From assembly GCA_965198115.1 (NCBI GenBank), contig OZ240241.1:7456001-7520000 (forward strand): a DNA stretch of 64,000 bases, written 5' to 3'. This DNA comes from Candidatus Latescibacterota bacterium. Its GTDB lineage: Bacteria > Latescibacterota > UBA2968. The notes beneath the pieces are model-generated. The model did not search any database. It was not told where the DNA came from and worked only from the letters and a program-made list of their open reading frames with translations. Position numbers and translations under genes: made by a program. This document shows, one piece after another, positions 54,460-64,000 of this stretch. The number at the start of each line of letters is the position of its first letter. The stretch's first letter is position 1.

Positions 54460-55833
54460 GAGTTCAGGTCAATAGGTGTGTAAAAGAAATCAGGCGGCCA
54501 TCTTCCCGGCTTCGACCTGCGGTCCGGTTGAGTGTTTCTGATCGTAGACTTGTTGTAGCAAGTGTGGCGCGGTGAGTTTCCTGAATCGGCTCTCTGCGAC
54601 CTTGAGCGTACGCCAGATGAGAGCCGTGGCGTTCCTGACTTTCTTGAATCGCCTGGCGGCGTTTGTGCGAAGCCGAACGGAAGCAAAGGGGCTCTCGACG
54701 ACGTTCGTGGTTCTCAGGTGTTTCCAGTGTTCCTTCGGGAAGTCGTAGAACGTGACCATCCGATCCCAGTCTCTTTCGAGCGTCTCCACGGCGGCAGGGA
54801 ACTGTGAGCGATACCGTGCGGCAAAGCGTTTCCGGAGCTTCTCGGCCTCCTTTTTCGTGCCGGCATAGGGGATCTGGACGAGCAGTGCGCGGGCTTCAGC
54901 CTGTGCACGCTTGGCGACCTTGTCGAGCACGTTGAGGATCTTGTGGTTCCAGCACCGTTGTTGCCGGCTCTCTGGCCAGACCTGATCAACGGCCGCCCAG
55001 ATGCCCATATTCCCGTCCGCGGCGATCAGGACAGGATGTTCGAGCCCGCGATCCCGGAGATCCCGTAGCACCGTGAGCCAGGATTCTGTAGACTCTCGAT
55101 AACCGGGTTCTATCGCCAGGATCTCCTTGCTGCCGTCGCTCATCGCGCCGATCACGACCAGCAGACACGCCTTCTCGCGCTCGAGCCCGGCTTTGACGTA
55201 GATGCCATCAGCCCAGGCGTAGACCAGTTCGCGATTATCCAGACGCCTTTCTTTCCAGTCCTGGAAGTCGACCTCCCACTTCCCTCGAAGACGAGCGATC
55301 GAGGTCGGCGAAAGCGGCGCGCCATCACCGAGCAGCGCACGCAAAGACAACTCGAAGTCGCCCTGGGAGAGACCGTGGAGATAAAGGTCGGGAAGCAGAT
55401 CTCCAATGGCCCTGGTTCTCCGGGCGAACAGGGGGAGGATGCGGCTTTCAAACCGCTCTTCCAGACCACGAACCCGGGGACGCCGGACCTTGATCGTTCC
55501 GCAGCTCGTCGAGAGACGCCGGGGCTTGCCGTAGCCGTTCCTGTAGCCCGTGGAGCTATCGACCTCGGCTCGGCGCTCATACCACGACCGGCCCAAGAAC
55601 GCGGTCGCCTCCTCCTCCAGAATGGACTGGAACCGGCCCTGGATCTCTTCACGGATCCAATCGTCAACCGTCTCCCACGTCGGCATGGACTTCAATGGGG
55701 CTCTATGCGTATGTTCCTTCACGGCGATCCTCCTTCCCAACCGGGCCTCTCACCCGGTTTTGTGTGAATCAACTATCTCACGGGAAGGGTAGGGTCGCCC
55801 TTTCTCTTTTTCCACACCTTTTGATTATAGCTC
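54460..55833 (-). mobile_element. IS256 type B, copy 3 (transposase 54490-55740)
   Basis: Near-identical to copies 1 and 2; 8-bp TSD CCAGCGAG. Confidence 0.95.
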
Positions 55834-56657
55834 CCAGCGAGTTCGCGGCTGGTTCAATATTCGCTTACGCGGTGATTTCGAATATCCAAAATGCTTACTA
55901 GGTGTTACGGCTTACGATAAATTCCCGCCCAGATTACGCTATTCGCATTCTCACGCACCAAGAACTGACGACCGGAGATAAGGGAGGATGAACTCTCTGG
56001 GCGTTCCGATGTAAGACCGCGCCCTTTTCATTTTCCCACACGCGCGAGAAATAGGCTCTCGAACCGCGAAAATAGCGCGTTTCGACCGATTGGGCTCAAG
56101 ACGTGGCCAGGCCAGGTCCCAGCGGGCATAGGGGGGGTGGAAACGGTCAGCTCTCTTTTGGACACCGGTTGAGACTCCACTCTTTCACTAATCCGTCCTA
56201 ATTTTAGTTCCGGAGGGCGCATCGCGGCCGTTGTCGACGAAAGGGGGTTTTTCAGGTGTCGGAAACACTTAAACCAGTGCAAAAACAAGAGCTTGCGTCT
56301 GTCGACAAGGCGGCTTTGAAGGTGCTTCCCGAAAATGGCGAAGCGGGGTAGAAAATCGGCCGTCTCCCTGGCGGTGCTGCCGGTCGTGGACCCGTCGGAG
56401 GTCGAGAGCGTTTCGCGTCCCGATCCCCCGGAATGTGCCAAACGCGTTCGCGTAAAGAAAGGGACATCAGGCGTAGGTCCGACAACCGCTTTTGGCAGTT
56501 GCGCCTTGTAAGTACTCCTATGGCACTATGTCGCATGGCCGCCAGATCTTAGGCGACCCTCATTAGGGAACGGTCTCCACTGTTAACCGTATTGAAACGA
56601 TTCTGCCTATTTTGCGAATAGCTTAAGCCGGGCGGAGAATTATCGCAAGGCGTCACA

Positions 56658-57628
56658 GCATAGGGGATCTGGACGAGCAGTGCGCGGGCTTCAGCCTGTG
56701 CACGCTTGGCGACCTTGTCGAGCACGTTGAGGATCTTGTGGTTCCAGCACCGTTGTTGCCGGCTCTCTGGCCAGACCTGATCAACGGCCGCCCAGATGCC
56801 CATATTCCCGTCCGCGGCGATCAGGACAGGATGTTCGAGCCCGCGATCCCGGAGATCCCGGAGCACCGTGAGCCAGGATTCTGTAGACTCTCGATAACCG
56901 GGTTCTATCGGCAGGATCTCCTTGCTGCCGTCGCTCATCGCGCCGATCACGACCAGCAGACACGCCTTCTCGCGCTCGAGCCCGGCTTTGACGTAGATGC
57001 CATCAGCCCAGGCGTAGACCAGTTCGCGATTATCCAGACGCCTTTCTTTCCAGTCCTGGAAGTCGACCTCCCACTTCCCTCGAAGACGAGCGATCGAGGT
57101 CGGCGAAAGCGGCGCGCCATCACCGAGCAGCGCACGCAAAGACAACTCGAAGTCGCCCTGGGAGAGACCGTGGAGATAAAGGTCGGGAAGCAGATCTCCA
57201 ATGGCCCTGGTTCTCCGGGCGAACAGGGGGAGGATGCGGCTTTCAAACCGCTCTTCCAGACCACGAACCCGGGGACGCCGGACCTTGATCGTTCCGCAGC
57301 TCGTCGAGAGACGCCGGGGCTTGCCGTAGCCGTTCCTGTAGCCCCTGGAGCTATCGACCTCGGCTCGGCGCTCATACCACGACCGGCCCAAGAACGCGGT
57401 CGCCTCCTCCTCCAGAATGGACTGGAACCGGCCCTGGATCTCTTCACGGATCCAATCGTCAACCGTCTCCCACGTCGGCATGGACTTCAATGGGGCTCTA
57501 TGCGTATGTTCCTTCACGGCGATCCTCCTTCCCAACCGGGCCTCTCACCCGGTTTTGTGTGAATCAACTATCTCACGGGAAGGGTAGGGTCGCCCTTTCT
57601 CTTTTTCCACACCTTTTGATTATAGCTC
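56658..57628 (-). mobile_element. IS256 type B, 3'-truncated copy
   Basis: Matches copy 1 from the left IR through LVQIPYA, then unrelated sequence. Confidence 0.92.
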
Positions 57629-58326
57629 CGTCTTGGTACAACTTTGATGTTTAAGACTGTCGACAGGGCGAAAGGCTGCCGAGAGTTTACGTGGATTCAC
57701 CCGGTAATCCAAAACCATCTCACCCCCTGGATGGAGATGAATTCGCTCGACACAGGCGTGGATGATGGCCTTGCGCATTCGAAACTGCTTAAGCTGATCC
57801 TCTGAGTACGTTGCCTGCTTGACGAGAAAGGGGGGAACGGTCTCTTCCAATAACGACAAGATTCCATCGCCCGCAAACGTCAGCGCGTGGGCGAGACTAT
57901 CCTTAAGTGCGTCGGCCCCCTCGCGCGCATCCAGCTTGGCAGTTATCTGATGAATCTCTTGATCCAGGTGCGAGCCTTCCCCTTCGATCCTGTCCACTTG
58001 CTTCTGATACCGGATACCCGTCAGCCGCCCGGACACATACGCATCGTCTGCCCTCTCAAGCTGGCCGGTAAGACCGTCCCTCTTCTTTTGCAGCCTTTCG
58101 AGTCGCTGTGCCATCGCCTCTGCGTCACCCGAATCGAACTGCGACTGCCAAATCTGCAAGATTTTCTCGGGCTTCATTAACATCCGATGAACCTGTCTAC
58201 AAACTCGCGTGTTCACATCCGAGATTTTTTGGCTGGGCGCGCTGCACCTCTTACCGAACTGCTCGAATCTGGCGTTGCAGTAGAGGCGTCCGTCGATCAG
58301 ATTCGACCTTTGGCTGTAGATCCCGC
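57629..58326 (-). pseudogene. C-terminal half of a large serine recombinase (Zn ribbon and coiled coil)
   Basis: YCNARFEQFGKRC, coiled coil with DAYVSGRLT...Y, RKAIIHACVERIHL. Confidence 0.7.
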
Positions 58327-58445
58327 TCGGTAGCTGGGGAGGTTGAGCTCCAGGATCACGCAGTGATGCACGAGACGGTCGATGGCCGCGGCCGTGGTCA
58401 TCTGGTCCTTGAAGATGTGCTCCCACTTGGAGAAGGGCAGGTTGT
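58327..58445 (-). pseudogene. IS21 IstB C-terminal fragment
   Basis: Manual translation NLPFSKWEHIFKDQMTTAAAIDRLVHHCVILELNLPSYR. Confidence 0.8.
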
Positions 58446-60912
58446 GTCCTTACTTCGGGGAGATCGTCGGGCACGATCCCTACCCGTGGCAGCGGTGCTT
58501 GTATAGAACGTTTGTCGAAGGGAGTGTCCCCAAAGCCTTGGACATCCCGACCGGCCTGGGCAAGACCCTCTGCGTACTTCTCTTCCTGCTCGCACGGGTC
58601 CGGAATACTGCACTCCCCACGCGGGTCATTTACATCGTCGACAGACGCGCCATCGTAGATCAGACGGCGACCGCAATCCGGACATGGATTGAACGCATTG
58701 CCGAGTTGCCAGAACTCGCGGGTGTGCTCGACGCGAGTTCGGCATTTTCGTCCGATCTTCCCGTCCAGCTCGGCATTCTGCGGGGCGGCTTAGCGGACGA
58801 TGGGGAGTGGCGAATCGATCCGGCCAGACCGGCGGTCGTGGTCGGCACTGTCGATATGATCGGTTCCCTCCTGATGTTCTCAGGTTACGGTGACGGACGA
58901 TCACGCCGGCCGATGCACGCGGGACTTCTTTGCCACGACAGCCTCGTCATGCTGGACGAAGCCCATTTGTCACCGGCGATGGGGGTACTCATCCACACCA
59001 TCAATCGGCTCCAAGGCCACCGGAAGTTCCAGACCATGACGCTGTCGGCGACGAGCACCGATATCGATACCGAGAGCGTGTTTCAACTCCTTGTCGAGGA
59101 CAAGGCCAATCCTTCAGTTCGTAGTCGCCTTCACTCGGTCAAGAGACAGAGTCTCCATCAGGTCGAGAAAACCACTGATCGGATCGGTCGCATTTGCGAG
59201 GTGGCCACCGCTCATGAATCTGGCTCCGTCGCGGTGTTTACCCGAAGTGTCGCGGATGCCGAGAAGATTGCCGTGAAGCTGATCAGTATGCTCGACGATG
59301 GCTCCGAGCGCGTCGCACTACTGACGGGGACGCTCCGCGGAAAAGAACGCGCCGAGCTGGCAAATGGAACGGTCTGGCGGAGCTTCCTTCCGAATCGGGA
59401 CCGTGACGCGAGTACAGCCTCCGTCTACCTCGTGATGACCTCGGCCGGCGAAGTCGGAGTCGATCTGGATGCCGATCACGGTGTCATGGATCTCAGCACT
59501 CTCGATTCGATGATTCAGCGCGTTGGCCGAGTGAACCGGATGGGCCTGACTGAGGCGGACGTTGCGGTCGTCTTCACGGGGCAAGAGGCGCGGGAGTCAC
59601 CGCAAGCGCCGAAGATGCACACCCGAAGACTTGCTGCGGCTCGTACGAAAACACTGGAAGAACTTCGGCGGCTTCCCGACCTTTCTCCAGCGACTCTGGG
59701 AGGCCTCGACAAGCAAGTCCTTGAAGAGTGCTTCGTGCCGCCTTCCCGGCCCGCGCGACTGCACTCGGAAGTGGTCGAGGCATTCGCGGCGACGTCCGCG
59801 ACACTGCAGCTCCCCCATGTCTCGATCTATCTGCGCGGAGTGTCGGATCAGCCCGACCCGCCAGAGAGTTTCCTCCTCTGGCGCTGGGACGTGCCGCATC
59901 TAGTCCGGCTCGGCAGCGATGCGGCTGCGCAGGCGATCGCTTTCTTCCGGCCGAGCGCCGATGAGGTCGCTCGTGTCCCGGCACGCCTTGCGAGGGACTT
60001 GGTCCTGTCCGCGCTTGAACGTCAAGAGGGGAGGGGCTTCCTCTGATCGTGGTCGAACCGGGAGGCGATGTCTGTGCTATCTTCTTGAAGCGCAAGGACG
60101 AACTCTCTTCGCTCAACTACGCGACTGTTGTTCTGCCAACTGCCGCCGGAGGTCTGGAACCCTCTGGCCTCCCCTCGAATTCTGCGAGGGACGAGGTCTC
60201 CGACGTAGGCGACAGTGATGCTCGGGTTCGTTATGTGAACGCCAGTAGTGCTGGGGATGTCGACGGCGAGGAGAGTGAACAGGCACTTCCAGCTTGGTTG
60301 GATCAGGCCACCGAGCTTCGGGTTCCGTTGCATGGCGTCAATGAAGACGACGTCGAGGAACGTTTTCTGGTCTACGCACTCCGCCGTTCCGATCCAGCAC
60401 TCCAAACCACTGAGAGCGATCTGGCCTGGCTCGGGGCCTCTATCCAGACCGTGGACGAGCACTGCGCTCTTGTCGGCGACGCCGCTCGACGGATCGGCGA
60501 GGCGCTCTCACTCCCCGATCATGAAATTGATGCATTGGAAGCAGCCGGACGCTGGCATGACCGCGGAAAGGCGAGGAGGGTGTGGCAACGGGCTGCCGGA
60601 GTTCCCGCCAATGGTCCCCTTCTGGTGAAACCGAGGAAGGGGTATTTCCGTCCGGCGTTGCTCGGCGGTTATCGCCATGAGTTCGGCTCTCTCGCCGAAG
60701 CGGCGCGGAAGATCCCGAACAAATCGCCCAATCGCGAGCTCGTCTTGCACCTGATCGCCTCGCACCACGGCTGGGCACGGCCAGGCTTTCCCCAGTCTCG
60801 ACAGTGGGACCCGGATGTTCCCTCCGCGTTGAACCGACGGCTCGCCATCGAGGCAGCGAACCGCTTTGCAAGCCTTCAGGCCGAGTATGGGCCGTGGCGA
60901 CTCGCATGGTTA
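58446..60912 (+). pseudogene. cas3: Type I-G (I-U) CRISPR helicase/nuclease Cas3 with C-terminal HD domain; start lost, frameshifted, 3'-truncated
   Basis: PYPWQ, DIPTGLGKT, YIVDRRAIVDQ, LRGG, GTVDMIGS, DEAHL, QRVGRVNR; frameshift near 60044; HDRGK, GYRHEFGSL, LIASHHG; cut by ISAzo13 after WRLAWL. Confidence 0.88.
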
Positions 60913-63635
60913 GGGTTCGCGAATAAATAAGGCTATATCCGGATCTCTCAACGAGCTGAAGTGGGTGAAGGTGCCGTGGTTCCTGGCATGGGGGCGCGGT
61001 TAGCGTGTGCGGAACCTCTTCGGAATCTGCTCAGGGATGTTTAGGTCTCCGACGGTAAGGAAGATCATATCGTTGAATGCGTCGAGTGTGCGGAATCCGC
61101 TGGCTCGGTTCTTGACGATTTGGACGATTCGGTTGAGGCCTTCGGCGATGGCGTTGGTAAGACGCGTGTTCACGAATGCGAGGACGCCGAAGAAGTGCTG
61201 TCGCAGGGTCCTGACGAACTTTCGCAGGGGTTCAAGTCGACTTCTGAGTGCGGACGTCGTCCAGCATTTCAGGAAGCGTTCGGCAGCCCAGGGCGCTTTG
61301 TATTCCCATAACTGCTCGAACTCGTCCTTGAGTCTCCAGGCTCTATAGATTCGGTAGTTCGCCTTCTCCAGTGCTTTGAGTGTCCGAGTATCCCCTCTGG
61401 AGCGTGTCGCTGAGTGCCGGTAGAGGAGCCATCGGAGGCCCTTCATGGCTTTGCGCTCATCCGGGGCAGCTTTACGCCACTGGTCCTTACGGACCTCGTC
61501 AACGGCGGCATTGAGAGCCTTGACGATGTGAAAGCGATCGAGGACCAGCTTGGCATTCGGACAGTGTTCCTGGATGGCTCCGATGTAAGCTTCGCTCATG
61601 TCGCAGCAGGCCCACTCGATCTTGGATCTCTGGTAGGGACTGAGAGCCTCTGTGAAGAACCGATCGATCGTTTTACGCGCCCTGCCGCGGCCAACCCACA
61701 CCACGCAGGAGCGGTCCAGATCGTAAACGAGCGTGGCGTACCTGTGACGCTTGGCGTAGGAGATCTCGTCGATCCCGATGGTTTTGAGCCCTCGGATACG
61801 ATGACCTTCACGAAGCCGCGTGATGGATCGGTGACGGAGATCCGACAGCGTCGAGGCAGAGATGCGCAGTAACTCGGACGCCGCCTTCTGCGTCATGGTC
61901 TGGCAGTAGCGCAGCATGGCATACTCGAAGCGATACGTCACCTGAGAGAACCGCTCCGCCCACGGAATCTCCTCGACCACACGACCGTGGGTAGGACACC
62001 GAATCTCCCGAGGATGGTAGAGAAGCCAGACCCTCCACCCGCACACCGGAATGTCACGCCACCGACGCGGATGGGGCATTGTGCGGACGATTTTACCTCG
62101 ACGGCCGCACTCCGGACAACAACAACCATTCTTATGTGGCTTTACGGCGATGACGAAACAGCTTCTCCCCTCAAACCACCAGCTGACAACACGGAACCCC
62201 TTGAATCTCAGCAGTTTCGATAGTAATCTGCTCCCGGTCATAGGTCGCACCCCCTTCGCTTTGATTGTCCTACACACACAACCAAGCGTAGGGAACGATC
62301 TATGACCTTATCATTCTATAGTTTCACCGTTGAGAAACCCGGATAGAGCCATAAATAAACGGTCGATCTCAATGTTGAGCCATTGGCCGGATCGTGTAGT
62401 TCCAGTCGCCGTGGAAATCGTGCGGAGTGAGATCGATTTGGGTCATCTGTTCATCGGTCACCTTGACCCCGTTAGGGTAGGGTCGCTTGTCGATCTCGGA
62501 GCGTACTCGGAGACCGGCTTGAGTGGTCGTTCCGGCAATGAGATTCACGGTTGCAGCCAGGCTGACCAGGGGCTTGCCTCGCCCAGTTCATAGCGATGAA
62601 GGAGAACAGGCGATGTTCGATCTTGTTCCACTTACTAGTGCCAGGAGGGTAGTGGCATACGGTGATCGTCAGGCCAGTGCGATTCGCAAAGCGCTGCAGC
62701 TCCCACTTCCACAGCCGCGTCTTGGCGCCGTTGCTGCCGCCTGCGTCCGCCGTGATTAGCAGATGCGTCGAAGTGCCGTAGGCGGGCCGTCCCATGTTCT
62801 TCCACCAACTTCGGATCGCATTCACGGCGAAGCTGGCCGTGTCGTGATCGATACCGACACTTACCCAGCCTTCATCACGGCTCAGATCATACACTCCATA
62901 AGGGATCGCCTTGCCCTGAGCAGGCACTATGAAATCGTGTACCTTCACACGCTCCGGGTCTCCCTTGGGTCGCCATTCTCGGCCAGGATTCTTGAAGTCG
63001 CCGATCAACTCTTTCTTCTTGGTGTCCACCGAGATAACGGGAAGGCCCTGCTGCTGCTGCTGGCTAATCCGATCATCGAGGTAAACGAACTGAGCGTCCC
63101 GATCCGGGTGTGCAGATCCCTCCCTTGTCTTCCGATTCGCCTGCAGCGTGTAATCGTGTTCGTGCAGGAGATTGGCAACGATCCTGGGGCTCACCGAATG
63201 CCCCATCGCTTGCAACTCGGCGGCCAGTTTGCGAGTGCTCTTCGATGTCCATCTCAGAGGATTGTCGTCAGGCGACCCCGCAGTCGTTGGCTCGACCAGA
63301 TCATTCAGGTCCTGCCACAGCGTCGGGTCCGTGTCGGCCTTCCGCTTACGACCGCCGCCTGGACGCCGGATGCGAGCCGGGTCCAAAGGTTCGTCCGACC
63401 TCAACTCCTGAATGCCACGAAAGATCCGCTCTCTGGACATTCCTGTCGCCAGAGCCACAATCGCGATCCCACCGTGACCCAACGCTTCGGCTTCCGTGGC
63501 GGCCCACAGACGACGCGTGCGTTCCGTCAGCACCGGAGCCAAGGCTTCATACTTCGTTCGGAGAGTTTCGACGTCCACACTCCGAGCGTAAGATCATTAC
63601 CTTGAAAAGTGCAGCACTTATTTCGTGGCAAACCC
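60913..63635 (-). mobile_element. ISAzo13 copy 2, with a 1-bp insertion in the transposase and ISL3 nested in its right IR
   Basis: Reverse complement of 29346-30639; extra base near 62583; flanks are unrelated genes (cas3 and gdh). Confidence 0.92.
60931..62350 (-). mobile_element. ISL3 copy 2 (transposase 61000-62277)
   Basis: Same 1420-bp length and IRs as copy 1, with several substitutions; 8-bp TSD ATAAATAA. Confidence 0.95.
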
Positions 63636-64000
63636 TTGGCAGAGTGGAAGCCCACGTTACCCAGGCCCTGGACGATGACGCGCTTGCCTTCGAGCGTGCC
63701 TTCGAGCCCCGCTCGTTTGACGTCTTCGGGATGACGGAAGAATTCCTGAAGCGCGTAGAAGACACCTCGCCCCGTGGCCTCGACGCGCCCGTCGATGCCA
63801 CCCTGGCTGACGGGCTTGCCCGTCACGCACGCGATCGCGTTGAGGTCGTGGGGGTGCAGCATACGATACACGTCAGCGATCCAGGCCATCTCACGCGTAC
63901 CCGTGCCCATATCGGGCGCCGGCACGTTTTCGCTTGGGCTGATGTATTCCTTCTTGATGAGCTCCTGCGCGAAACGACGGGTGATGCGTTCGAGCTCGAA
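63636..64000 (-). pseudogene. gdhA: Glu/Leu/Phe/Val dehydrogenase, truncated by ISAzo13 (5' part lies outside the window)
   Basis: [41 protein letters not shown]. Confidence 0.85.

Noticed and set aside
31428-55833. Composite transposon formed by IS256 copies 2 and 3
   Set aside because: Each copy has its own matching 8-bp duplication, which shows independent insertions.
57629-60912. CRISPR-associated transposon (cas3 next to an IstB/TnsC-like ATPase and a recombinase)
   Set aside because: The IstB piece is a 120-bp scrap on the opposite strand that replaces the cas3 start; there is no TniQ, TnsB or Cascade gene, and known CASTs lack Cas3.
53700-60930. CRISPR array near cas3
   Set aside because: No regularly spaced 28-37 bp direct repeats were seen here or elsewhere in the window by eye.

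Overview
High-GC bacterial accessory region in an advanced state of decay. The protein families (choice-of-anchor R/cadherin/Calx-beta adhesin, dockerin-like EF-hand plus PPC proteins) suggest a marine host-associated, sponge-symbiont-like lineage such as Latescibacterota or Gemmatimonadota; this is inference only. At least 12 IS copies or remnants from five families are present: IS256 (three types, one in five copies), an IS3/IS481-like element with a 15-bp target duplication, IS630, ISAzo13 x2 and ISL3 x2, plus IS21 and IS200/IS605 scraps. Two insertions are nested. Apparently intact genes are mostly uptake functions (three TonB-dependent receptors, a BCCT transporter, a LivJ-like binding lipoprotein, a His-containing lipoprotein), plus hsdR/hsdS, a hicBA pair, a DUF4145/HEPN protein and parG. 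Broken genes include a 6-kb adhesin/autotransporter, hsdM, a type I-G cas3 with no other cas genes or array, gdh, and about 15 short fragments of defence or mobile-element genes. The best candidate for an undescribed system is a parA-parG-TIR cassette bounded by 88-bp inverted copies of the parA promoter, in which a conserved N-terminal domain is joined by a -1 frameshift to a TIR domain. No rRNA, tRNA or CRISPR array was seen. All family assignments come from motif recognition by eye, not from database searches.
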